A stretch of DNA of 39,830 nt from Octopus bimaculoides (Eukaryota). Below the pieces are notes generated by a model. It was not told the DNA's origin and made no database searches. It worked only from the letters and a program-made list of their open reading frames with translations. The stretch covers positions 93,142,839 through 93,182,668 of the forward strand of contig NC_068983.1 of assembly GCF_001194135.2 (NCBI RefSeq), read 5' to 3'. The first letter of the stretch is position 1, and every line of letters begins with the position of its first letter. Of this stretch, positions 1 through 11,987 are shown piece by piece. The translations under genes were made by a program, and so were the position numbers.

Positions 1-83
<83 letters not shown>
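1..83. repeat. (CA)n then (TA)n microsatellite
   Basis: Directly visible. Confidence 0.98.
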
Positions 84-761
84 AACATAAAGAGAGAGAG
101 ACAGCATTGAAATTATCCATTTTCTGGATAGATTGTATGCTATGTTGATGCATTCTCTAAAGACTCATTGAAACTTAGCACAATTTATAGCCTACAAAAA
201 TATGCTTGGAGCACCTTTGTCTGCCAGTTGAGTCTGAAAGTACATCAAACATATATGTAGGAGATTGGTAGACTGGAATACCATCTTAAAGTTTCTGAGT
301 ACAAACACATTACAGATATTTTTACAGTGTAGCAGGGATTTATATTGAATTTATAATGTCTCAGTAATTATGCAATATAGAATGAGATATTCTGGAGGCG
401 TTTCATAAAACATCCTATCCACGGAGAGAGTTTGTTGCTTATCACCATAATATCATGAACCCAGAGCTAAGGACTGGCATTTAATACCCCATGGGTTTTA
501 AGAAACATGTTTCTAAGACAAAGATATGTATATTTTAAATTATGGTATGTAATAGTGATCAAACAGCATACACATTGAAATTATCATGCAGAGAAAAAAG
601 TACCATAAGGTTACTAAGTTAATCAATACTTGGTAATCTATTCATATAGTTTTTCAATTCCCCAAACCCTAATAATAAATAAACAATACAACTGTTAATC
701 ACAATGATCTGTCCCAATGAAAAGATCACAAATCTTCTTTATCTGTAGAACACAGCTACAT

Positions 762-844
762 TTATATTATAGGCAATAGAAAAAAAATTATTCTCATTAC
801 TACGAACCAATCTTTGGTACTTAATCTCTGAAGGCTGCTAATCC
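762..844 (-). CDS. Candidate terminal exon with hydrophobic C-terminus
   Basis: Long pyrimidine tract ending tactccag|, phase-1 frame xISSLQRLSTKDWFVVMRIIFFLLPII*. No homology support. Confidence 0.25.
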
Positions 845-1233
845 CTGGAGTACAATTGAGAACAAATAGAAACAAAAATAAACAAATAACAACCATATTA
901 ACTAAAGTAAGAAAATTCTTTGATATTACCTAACCACAATACTTCACTGAACAAAAAGTGAATGTATCATTTATCTGAACAAAATATTATTTACACTTGT
1001 TATTCTGTTTACAAAAATGACATTGCTATGGAAACATGTTTTTTGAAATAACACTTTTCAAAATATACAGATTCAATATATCTACCTAGTGTACATGCAC
1101 AAGGCCAGCAACAAGTAGTTGGTTTGCAATTTTAGTGATTTAGAGTTTACAGACAATTGAAGTAATCACCTTAGTATCATTTTTCAAGATCTATTGAAAT
1201 AATAAATCTTAAGAGAAATCATTTGAAGGCATG

Positions 1234-1453
1234 TTAACCCTTTTGTTACCATATTTCTGCTTTTTGATTCCATTAATTTTGAGAATAATGAAGAATTTAG
1301 TAAAAAATAACTTTATCCTTATTAACTTGGTGTTTGGAATATAAATTAGCATGAAATTTCAACGGGAGATTTTAATTTGGATCTCTTTAAATCAGGAAGT
1401 TTGTAACACAGAACCAGGAGCACTTTCAAGTAAGTTGGTATCAAAAGAGCTAA
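1234..1453. mobile_element. MITE with TTAA-type ends (piggyBac/Kolobok-like termini)
   Basis: Left ttaacccttttgttacc (1234-1250); right ggtatcaaaagagctaa (1437-1453), whose reverse complement matches at 14/17. Confidence 0.7.
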
Positions 1454-4254
1454 TATCAACATAAATGGAAAAAAATGGATTGTTCTGCCAGTGTAAATGG
1501 AAAGACAAACTCCACAACCTGATACTGTTTTAGGTATCAATTTATAGATGGAACTCAGAAAAATGTCTGGCAGGAGGAGGAGTTTTGTTTTTGTATGATA
1601 TATTTTCCCACATTCCTAGCTATATTTACAATAGGTCTTTACATTTTAAATACACAATACTCATCATCATGCTAAGTAAACTGCATGCTATAATATAAAA
1701 AAAATAACAGCATTGTGTATGTAGATGGAATATCATATATTTCTGGCCTAAGTGAATTTTATGCAATTTCAACTTGAAAGTTGCACTCAATTCAATAAAT
1801 TCTTCACAGCTCTTGACTTGCAGTAAAGTTTTCAAAACAAATTTTCTCTTATTGTAAATTTGAATACCCACTTTGCAGAGGATTTATCTTGTTTAATCTT
1901 AATATAGTATAAACTTAACTCATCACATTATTTTCTGAAGCTTGTTGCCAGCATTCCAATCTCAAAAATGATATTTAAATGAAAATTCCTATTTTTACTA
2001 GATATTAGTCATACCTAAGCCTTTATGTGATCAATAATTTATTAATGATGAAATACTGAGGATTTTGCAAGAATGAAAGAAAAAGTAAAAGACAGGCTCG
2101 ATGGAAGAAATTGTTATAAACAATGTCCTGAGTATTCATTTGAAAATTTAATGTTTACACATTTTTTATTAGTTATATACAAATGCCATAACATATTTTG
2201 CAATGCAAGGTCAAGAAATTAAAAGAACAGTGTGTATGACTATTGAAAACAAATATCATCAATCAATACAATAGACTATTGATTTTATGAGAAATAATGA
2301 AAATGCAGAGACATCAATACCAAAATTAAGGATCCCATTAAAAAACTCAAAGAAGAAATAAAGGCATTTCAAATTAAATTAGTTCATAAAATACAAGATT
2401 CTTGAAAGATCCTCCCTGTTGTAAGACCATAAGTTGCATTTGAAAAATTCTTTCATAATTACAAGTAATCTTAAGAAGGATGAAGTAGAATGGGAAAATT
2501 TCTGATCAATAAGTGAAAAAAATGTCTAATTTGAGTAATGAAGTTGGTTATTAACTCAATATGTACTGGGGTAAAAATTTTGGTCAGATCATTCAAATTC
2601 CTGCAAAACTTATGAAGCCATCAACTTTTGATTTTTCACAAGTATTATCTTAATGAGAATTTCAATGAATTGAAAACAATAACTGAAAGATGAGATATTG
2701 TTGGTACAATTAAGATTTCTGGCCTTATAACTTCTTCCTCTTTCAGTGTTTTGATCAGTGAATTTATCAACCACCTTCAGATACCATTTCCACACACACA
2801 TTCAAATTTAGATCCTTTATTTTTATATCAGGGTGTCTTTAATCTTAACCCAGCCCAAGCAATGAATTCTACTTTTAACTCAGTGTGTGTATAGGGAGGG
2901 AACAGGGGTATTATATGTGACCTAAGAATTGATAAAATATGTCAAAATGAATTTCTCTGTAGCTAGTTCAATAAACAAAAGTTGAAAGGCGGTAGAGGAC
3001 TGCTGTTAGCACTTAAAGCCATGATTTCATTCCCTTTGCAAGTCAAATAACAATAAGTTTGTCTACCGTGTGCCTGAAGGAGATTTTGAAAAGATTTGGA
3101 AACAAACACCTCCCAGTTCCTCAATTTTATTGAAATTCATATAACATTTTCAACAATAAATTACAAAATAAAAGCTGTTTAAAGATGCTGTCAAAATAAT
3201 TTTGTTCTTTTGAGAATATATGTTATATAGTTGAATATAATAGAAAAGTTTTAATAAAATATAATTCAAACAACAAATAAATAAATTATTCTTGTATTAG
3301 TCAAATCAAGATTATACAGCAAATGTTGAACTTTCACCTTAGTCATATTAACTATTAAGTTAGCATCAAAGTAGCCCAATAAAATCACAAGATATGGATA
3401 ATGGGACTTGGAATAGAAGCTAAAACATTACTGACAAAACACTGGAAAAGACATTAAAATTGATATTATTCAGGCAGTTTGAATGCTTTTTTTATGGTTA
3501 ACAGGCAGAATGTGTTAACAAATTCAAAGTTCTATTCTGTTTTGTAGTGTTAATGTAACAGAAGAACAAAACCAGAGAAAAAGAAAAAAATAACCAGTTG
3601 CAGCAAAGAAAGGCACTCAAGGATTAAGCAGAATGTGAAAGTTAAAAGTGCTTGGAATGATGCATGGAATAGCTTTACAGAGCTACACTGATATTTCAGA
3701 AAACATCACTATGTCATATAAAGTGCCCCTCCCCGCTCACAAATTAGTAACTTATTTTTTCATTTCTTTATGACATCAGATCCAGAACTCATAATAATAA
3801 CACTGTAACAAAATTTTAATTTTTTTTTGTCTTTGTCGGTAAATCAAAGGAAATAACTACTATTCCCTTCTAACTTTGCTTTTGTGACCTATTTTCCATC
3901 ACATTTCAGACAAATTCAGTACTGAGTTGCTGAAGCAGAAATACCCCTATAGCAAATATTCTGCTCAATACCTTGGATTTGTTTGTCAGTTGCTTGACCA
4001 TAACCACTTAAGCATGTCGATTAGAGTGTAACAATATGTGCATCTCTGATCATGAGCAAGAGTATTTGGGAAGCAACATAGCCATGTGTTGAGAGGGTTT
4101 CTTAGGGGTTTGAACAAATGTAACAAAAGTTTGAAGGAAATATTAGTCATTTTTCATACTTTCTAGGGGTAAGCAAGTAGGACATAACAGTTGCTACCCA
4201 AGGACAAAAATTGTGTTACACAGTGTAATAATTGTTTTTAACATAGGTAGTATG

Positions 4255-4890
4255 AGACCAGAAGTTTAGGAGAAGAGGCAGGTTGATTAAATCAGCCTTG
4301 TACTTCACCAATGCTTTATTTTATCAAACCCTGCAGGATGAAAATCAAAGGTGTCCTTAGTGGGATCTGAACTCAGTATGTAAAGAGTCAGATGAAATAC
4401 TGCAAAATATTTTGTCTGCTATTCTAAACAATTCTGTCAATCCACCACAACAATAACAGCAATAATAATAATCATTTCAAATTTTGGCACAAGACCAGCA
4501 GTTTTGGGGCAGGGAGTATGTCAATTATACTGAACCTAGCACTCAACTGGTACTTATTTTACTGACCCTGAAAGAATGAAAGGCAAAGTTGACCTTGGTG
4601 GAATCTGAACTCAGAATGTGAAGATGGATGAAATATTGCTATGCATTTTGCCCACAGTGCTAATGATTCTGCTAGCTTGTCACCTTAACAGCAACAATAA
4701 TAATCATTTCTATTATAGTCACAATGCCTGAATTTTTTTTTTTTTTTTTTTTTTGGTGGGGGAGTTGATTAAATCACTGCCAGTATGCAACTGGTACTTA
4801 TTTTTTGTAATTTGGAAGGAGAGGGCAGGTTGATTACATCAACCCCAGTGCTCAAAAGGTACATATTTCATCAACCTCAAGAGGATGAAA
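4255..4890 (-). mobile_element. Cluster of about three tandem tRNA-derived SINE copies (type A)
   Basis: Repeated motifs ggtacttatttt..gaccc.gaaagaatgaaaggcaaagttgacc...gaatctgaactcagaa. The reverse strand shows a B-box-like ctgagttcagattcc. Same family as the plus-strand copies at 37485-37900 and 38490-38650. Confidence 0.8.
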
Positions 4891-5464
4891 GTCAAAATAA
4901 TAATTTAGGTAGAGAAACCAAAATTAGGGATGTAAATGGGAAATATTCATACAAATATTTCAGAGTAGATAATCTGATAAAATATAAAACAACTCAAGTA
5001 AAAATATAAGAAAATGGTACTACAGTAGAGTCAGAAAAATATTAGAAACTGAAATCAGAGCTAAATGTAAGATAAGAAAGCTAGCTATCATAGTTATAAA
5101 CTACAATTTCATCAAAATGAATCAAAAGTAATGAAGTTGAAGAACTTAGAAAACCAGGAAACTACTAACATCATACTGAACTTAATACCCCAAAGCTGAT
5201 ATAAAGAGAATATGCAAGGAAGACAGAGTCTGATACAAACAGACTACTACTATAAAATCATAATATTGGGACAAGAAAAATATATTGAACGGAAAGCTGT
5301 GAAACTGATTAGTGTACTAAAGAAGAATGAAATCAAAACCAAAGACATTATTTCTCACTTGTGTGTGTGTATACATACACATATGTATGTGCATGTGAGA
5401 ATGCATGCATACATAGATACATTTATAAGGAAAATTTAATACGAAGATGGAAAATGGCAGGCAT

Positions 5465-5553
5465 TAGATTTTGGAAATAAATGCTTTTGCTTAACTTTCC
5501 ATCAAACATCATATTACCATTATTTGATTAATATTGGGGCTTGCATACATTTG
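5465..5553 (+). repeat. 89-bp direct repeat, copy 1
   Basis: Matches 6840-6928 with 3 substitutions. Confidence 0.95.
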
Positions 5554-6839
5554 TTTCTGCACTGGACACCAGCCTGAAGTTGCTGAGTTTACATTTATAT
5601 ATCATTATAAGATTATTCTTTAGAATAGCTATATAACTGAATATTTTTCATCAACAGCTATGTGTTGGTGCTTCCTCAGGTGGAATGCAATCAAGTGCTG
5701 TTGGTTTTTCTAGGAGTTTCCTCAATATACCATGTCTATTCCTCTCTACCAATCAGCTTAGATTCTAGGCAACACATATTGTTGTAGCAATAGAAAACAC
5801 ACAAAAGTAAGATCACAATAATAGTACCAACAACAATAACATCAAAAGAATAAAGGTGACCTTAATAATATTGATAATAATAAAACCTAGGATCTATTTA
5901 AGTGATAGTGATAAGAAAATTAAAATAAAACTGAAGATAGCTTTTACCAAGCAGTAGATGAAGTGTGTCAGTGGGTTGAAATAAAATAAAAAAATTACAA
6001 GGGATTGTTTTTATTGCTATGCTATCTTTTTTGACCCAAGACATCTATTTTGAATTATCCATTATCTTTATTCTTTCAAGGTGGCAGGGGAGGCGTTTGG
6101 CTTCAAGCAAACTTCACAAAACCCAATGGCCATTAAATACTTTACTACAGCCTTAATTTCTTTTCTATATTTTATATATATGTTTTTCATTAGTTGCTTC
6201 TGCTTTTTAAACATGCATGTCACACATTATACCCTTACATATCCACTAACTTAGATGCATGCTAATACTTGTACATACTGCATTTTCTCAAGCAATGTCC
6301 AATTTTCCCTTCCTTAAGCATTAGCTTTTTTACTGCTGATGTATATTTGTTAAATCCACTACCAAAAAGATATATTATCTTATTTTAGCAGCACTTTCTA
6401 ACAAAAACCTGCAGTTTTCTTTAGATTATTTTCTTCACATGATTTTACACAGCATTTTTAGATTTTTGCAATGATTTCAATTCACATGTAATTGATAATT
6501 CTGCTATCTGGATGCATCAGCTTATCTTAAATTACATTTTTGATATATTAAAACATTAAATTATCCATGTCTATATGAACGCTATACATATTCCAGATAT
6601 GTACTTTCCATAACAGTACTTTACACTGAATGCTGTACAACCTCCTCTGATTAATGTTGTCACATTGTATCTGTTATAAATATTACATTATTTTAATCAT
6701 CCCTGTAAATATAACAATCAATTCTCTATCTATTTCATTGAGTATACTGACTTGTTATAATCAGTACTCAACATATTTACAAATTTTGTCTTGAGAGGAT
6801 AAATTTAACCATCTTTCTGAGAATTTTGTATCTATTTTT

Positions 6840-6928
6840 TAGATTTTGGAGATAAATGTTTTTGCTTAACTTTCCATCAAACATCATATTACCATTATTT
6901 GATTAATATTGGGGCTTGCATATATTTG
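6840..6928 (+). repeat. 89-bp direct repeat, copy 2
   Basis: Matches 5465-5553 with 3 substitutions. Confidence 0.95.
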
Positions 6929-6961
6929 CAATTATTGTAGGATTATAATCGACAAACACAA

Positions 6962-7385
6962 ATTTTTATAATCATTTTAACAAACTTTCTAGCAACAATG
7001 CTAACTAGTTAATATTAGTCATCCACTTATTTGATTATTATCGACTTATACAGATGATTCCAATTCTTTAACATCTACTACATAGACCATTTTTCATAAT
7101 CATTTTAATACACTTGCAAACAATAATAATGTTAACATGTTATTATGAGTCATTCTCTTAAGTGATTATAATTAGCATGGAGTAATTATTACAATTCTTT
7201 TCCATATACAGATTATATAAATTTTTTACAATAAGTTTGTTAAACATGCAAACAACAAAGTCAACTTGTTACTAGAAGCCACCCATTTATGGGGCAACAA
7301 GCGATTCACACAACTTATTACAATTCTTTTAACAAGCATGCAAACAATAATTCTAACCTGTCATTGCAAGTCATCCGCTTATGTT
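6962..7385. repeat. Degenerate tandem repeat, period about 130 bp, 3-4 units
   Basis: Units start near 6962, 7089 and 7221, with a partial unit near 7320. Shared motifs: tttt(c)ataatcattttaa, (tgc)aaacaa, taac.tgtta, agtcatcc.cttat. Confidence 0.6.
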
Positions 7386-7551
7386 AAGGAATACTTTGAT
7401 ATAATTTCAGTGACAACTAGAATTTCTTACATTATTTTTTTTTTCAAATTCTATAAAAGAACTTTTTAGTTTATGGCTTTAGTTGAAATGCATATTATGA
7501 GGTTATTGCCCAGATTATATTAAAACATATACATATATATACACACACATA

Positions 7552-7854
7552 TCATCATCATCATCATCGTTTAACGTCCACTTTCCATGCTAGCATGGGT
7601 TGGACGATTTGACTGAGGACTGGTGAAAACCAGATGGCTACACCAGGCTCGAATCTGATTTGGCAGAGTTTCTACAGCTGGATGCCCTTCCTAACGCCAA
7701 CCACTCAGAGAGTGTAGTGGGTGCTTTTACATGCCACCGGCATGAAGGCCAGTCAGGGGGTACTGGCAACAGCCATGCTCAAAATGGTGTATTTTGCATG
7801 CCACCTACAGAGGAGCCAGTCCAGCAGGACTGCCAACGAACTCGCTCGAATGTC
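7552..7854 (-). mobile_element. SINE with RTE-like 3' tail (type B), cut by the assembly gap
   Basis: (cat)n cgtttaacgtccactttccatgctagcatgggttggacg...gtttctacagctggatgcccttcctaacgccaacc. Related copies at 21210, 30250, 35030 and 38990. Confidence 0.8.
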
Positions 7855-7992
7855 NNNNNNNNNNNNNNNNNNNNNNNNNNNNNNNNNNNNNNNNNNNNNN
7901 NNNNNNNNNNNNNNNNNNNNNNNNNNNNNNNNNNNNNNNNNNNNNNNNNNNNNNNNNNNNNNNNNNNNNNNNNNNNNNNNNNNNNNNNNNNN
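7855..7992. other. Assembly gap (138 N) followed by (CA)n/(TA)n repeats to about 8095
   Basis: Directly visible. Confidence 0.99.
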
Positions 7993-8054
<62 letters not shown>

Positions 8055-8199
8055 TACACACACACACACACACACATATATATGTATATATATATCCATG
8101 AGTGTGACAAGTTCATAGGAACATAATTAGAATATAGAACTCAAAGTTAGAAATCTGAGTGTCAATAAGTGTAATCCATAACCAATAGTCTGATAAAAC

Positions 8200-8880
8200 A
8201 TATTTTGTCAGACCACTCCATAGTGAATACCAAACATAACTTGACAGAGAGAAAGCCAACAATGGCTCAAAAGCTTTGAAATAAAAGCAGAAGTGGAGGC
8301 TTTAACATTAGTTGCACATGACCAATAGCTTGCCCAAAAGGAGATTCTGAGCCAATGCGATCAGTACAATGTAACAGTAAACCACATCATCTCTGGTTGC
8401 CCAGTCTTGCTAAGTTCATCTATATTCACAGACACCAGTTGGTAACTAATTGGTGACACTTTGATATATCAGACTCCAGTATGAAAATGGATTAGAAGTG
8501 GTAGATGAAAAGATCCTGGTTACAATCACTTGGAACAATGTCTGTCAGGACTGACAAGGAAATCAAGGTTAACTGTTCAGATGTAATAATTATGGACAGG
8601 AACAAAAATGTCTATGTTTTGATAGTCATCTCAATCTCCACTTCTGACCAAAACATCGACCAAAAGGTGGTGGAAAAACCAATTGAAGTAAAAGGACCTT
8701 GAAATTGAAATTATCAGGATATGGAGCAGGAAAGTAAAAACACGACCAAAACTAATAATTGCAGCACAAGGTATAATTATAAAAAAAGATAAAAATCAAG
8801 TCATATCAGAGCTGAAAACATGTATAATCCAAAAAGTAATCCTGATAGATATAGTTCACATCCTCTACAAGCGCTTTCAG
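8200..8880 (+). mobile_element. Decayed 3' part of an R4/Dong-type (restriction-like endonuclease) LINE
   Basis: Fragments WLKSFEIKAEVEALTLVAHDQ, CDQYNVTVNHIISGCPVL (CCHC knuckle remnant) and TDKEIKVNCSDVIIMDR (RLE PD-motif region), with stops and frameshifts. Confidence 0.8.
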
Positions 8881-9282
8881 TTTAACTGCACAACTTAAAC
8901 AGTATATTCTCAGTAAATGTCACATGCCCTATTCATCCGACACTCAATAAAATAACACAATTCATGCAACACATTTTGTGGATTTACTCTGTGGAAACAG
9001 TATAATACAATGCATATTAGCCACAATCACCACATCTTTATACGCAATAGGTGAAAGACTAAAACAACACTAAAAACAACAAGCTCAAACAATGCAAAAA
9101 AGATTTAAGAGTATTAACACAACATTACATTCCTAAAAGCAATGTTGTATACACCTCAAGAACATGGAGGTGCATGTAGTTGAAATACATAAAACTATTG
9201 AAGATATAACAACAGCCTAACAACAACAATAAAACAGCAGCACATGGAGGTAGTTGCATTGCCTAATGCAAAAGCAACATTG

Positions 9283-9363
9283 GAAAAATGAAATTAACTT
9301 GATTGAGCCAGCAGCTATGTCCACTGGGCAATGTGCCGACATGCTAGAAAAATGAAATTAACT
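9283..9363. repeat. 47-bp segment flanked by a perfect 17-bp direct repeat
   Basis: gaaaaatgaaattaact at 9283-9299 and 9347-9363. Confidence 0.85.
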
Positions 9364-10789
9364 CAGAGACAGTTCACAATTAAGAAGTAATGTTTCAATT
9401 TTATACTAATATGGGTATATAATTTGATAAAGTGCCATGTTTCAAAAATATATGTCATTTCAAAAACCATTGGAGAATTAATGAATATGAACTAGAAATT
9501 TATTTTCCAAGTTGCTACTATTATTCTTCAGGTTAACTGATTTCTAGAAATATTGTTGCCAATCTAAGCCTAGAATATAGATATTCTTCTGCATTACTAG
9601 TAATTCCACAGATGTACATATCAATAGACCTACATACAAACCTATTTTGAAAAAAGTGAACATAAGATCAGGTTGAGAAGTGAAATTAACTATTAAAGCA
9701 ACAGATTATGCAAAATTACTTCCACTTTTTAATTTGATACTAATGTAATACAACCACTGATATTAAGTTATTTATTTTAGTAATAAAATAACAGAAAATA
9801 TTATTCATAGTTATCAGTTTAATATATCAAGAATAATAGAGCATAAAATAAAACAATGACAACACTTTATGTTAGATGGCTATAAGAAAGATATCGTGGT
9901 TGCTAAGTAACAGAATGTGACAGATAATGTTAGTGATATCTGGAAGAATATTAGAAATTCATAACAACATTAAACACAAAAGAATTATTTCCCTGATACA
10001 AGCTGCTTCTTTGATGCATTTATTTGAAATCATGCCACACTCGGTGATTAGGAAATTAAAGTGCAGAGTATACATGAATTTAAATATAAATCAAGTTCAA
10101 GTAAGTCTAAAATATAAGTGAAAATTAGAGGAGGAATATAATATTTCTGGTTGGAAATGATAATAAGTAATATGAAAATGAAATGAAAGCAGATGGTAAA
10201 ATCCTGGAAGTATATTTTATAGATTGAAGGACTGCTATTGCCATAGAGAGTTAAAGTTATATCTAAGATATGAAATTTCTTGAAAAAGGATTTCTGTGAG
10301 GTAAGAAAGAATTTAAAATGAAAATTTAATGAATTCAAATTTGTAGAAGCATTACCTTTGCCCTAGTAAAAAAAAAAATCAGTCAACCAAAACTGATATT
10401 TAAAGTTTAAATCATTCTGTGTTTAAATGAACTTGAATATCTAAATGTCTAATAATACAATTATTCAAACTACCGATTGTTTTGATTTATTTGACATTCG
10501 ATAATCATCAGGTATTTTACTTATGTCTTCCACATCTCAAACAACATTCAAACTAGAAACTTGTATTTCTATACTAATGGTAACAACAATCTGAATTATT
10601 AGGCCACTAAGAAGTGGATTAGAATTTTACTACCCTTCATTAAGAAATAAGGGGTCCTGGACTAACATATATGATATAAATATAGTTAATATTTTCTCCA
10701 TTGCTGGACATGCTTTCAGAGAAGGTTAGAAACTAAAGACACTGCCTGTGTGACAGTTCCATTTGTTCACAAATGTTGCAGGCTACTAA

Positions 10790-10960
10790 GGCAAGGAGAC
10801 ATGCATGTACATAGACATGCAACAAGTTTCTTTCCATTACCATCTATCAAATCTACTCATAAGGTTTTGGTGGCCTGGGACTAGAGTAAAAGACAATTGC
10901 CAAAGATACTATATAGTAGGACTGAACCAGTAAACTTTTTAACCACACAACCATGCTTGC
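10790..10960 (-). mobile_element. tRNA-derived SINE (type C), degraded
   Basis: Reverse complement resembles the plus-strand copy at 26490-26660 (gcatggttgtgtggttaaaaagttt...ggcaattgtcttttact). Confidence 0.7.
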
Positions 10961-11179
10961 TACTTCACTGAACTGATGATCTAACAAGAGTATAAGCTCT
11001 TGTTTACAGAAGTCAGCAAACAAATTATTTATAGATGTATGTTAATGTCTGAAAAGCATATCTTAGATTCATCAGTCTGGCAAGGTAGCTTTCACTGAGA
11101 AAGTCAAACAGTTAGGTCAAAGCATAACAGTGTTTCAAAGTTCCTTTACACCAGTGAATCATATTATGAACATTGTCAA

Positions 11180-11637
11180 CAGGGAGGAGGTGTTCTCTGA
11201 TGATGAAAAATACAACAATGATCAGATATTCATACTCAAATCTGCCAGAACATATTGAGAATGAATAGACACATTATTGTTTGAATTCTCATTGTTCTGT
11301 GTGCAGCCCATGAATTATTATTACCAGTTTGAAAGGTTTTTCACTGAAATTTCATTGCATAATTTCAAAATCTGTACTTAATATCTGTTAAACTAGTGCT
11401 TTTGTTAAATTCATTGGTCCAACAGGATAGTTTTGACTGAGTAGATACACAATTAGGTTGATGTACCAAAGTATCTTTAAAGTCTCTTTAAGTGAACCAT
11501 GTGTATTATGAGCATAAACCATCTAAAGGGAGGAGGTGTTCGCTGATGACAGAAAAAAAAAAAAGCCACCAACAATCAGATATTTACATTTGAATCTGCC
11601 AGAATATGTTAAGAATGAACAGATATGTTATTATTTT
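11180..11637 (+). repeat. Two diverged ~100-bp direct repeats (11180-11282 and 11525-11637)
   Basis: Both read gggaggaggtgttc.ctgatga...atcagatatt...aatctgccagaa.at.tt.agaatgaa.aga. Confidence 0.85.
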
Positions 11638-11987
11638 AGAATATTGATTTCACTTAATTTTTGTCAAACAATTTTAGAAACTGTAAAAATACTTTTTTTC
11701 ATCTTCAATGAAGAAAACGAAAAGAGAAAACTATTTTTTAATTGACTGAGATGAGATTTTATTAAGATTATAAGTTTTCAGAGTATTAACCATATCTTTA
11801 AAGTGTGTAATTGCAATATTCATATTGATGCTACATTCCAATGCATTTGCTTTTTTATTATTGGATATGTACATGAGGCCAGACTGGATTTGAACTAGGA
11901 ACCCATATTTCTCAAATGAAGTTAGTAATAGCCTTCTATACTTTTTTATTTGCTGAGTCAAAATGGGCAATATCCAGGATCTTTGTA

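Noticed and set aside
1346-1440. Plus-strand frame ending in a good donor (TCAA|gtaagt) and a GDFNLDL endonuclease-like motif
   Set aside because: Lies wholly inside the TTAA-bounded MITE 1234-1453. The GGGV-like motif near 1570 is in the wrong order for an EEP domain.
2040-2600. Protein-like plus frames (EDFARMKEKVKDRLDGRNCYKQCPE; DINTKIKDPIKKLKEEIKAF)
   Set aside because: Several stops, no splice sites and no recognisable motif. Possibly an ancient TE but not supportable.
6081-6140. GGRGGVWLQANFTKP, resembling the FA58C WLQ motif
   Set aside because: On the opposite strand to the discoidin exon and followed by a stop three codons later.
7660-8118. Longest ORFs in the track, spanning the first gap (likewise 29936-30378)
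   Set aside because: Artefacts of N-runs and dinucleotide repeats.
11185-11200. AGGAGGTG eight bases before ATG, like a bacterial Shine-Dalgarno site (also near 11530)
   Set aside because: Downstream frames are only 15-22 codons and the context is eukaryotic repeat DNA; no evidence of bacterial insertion.
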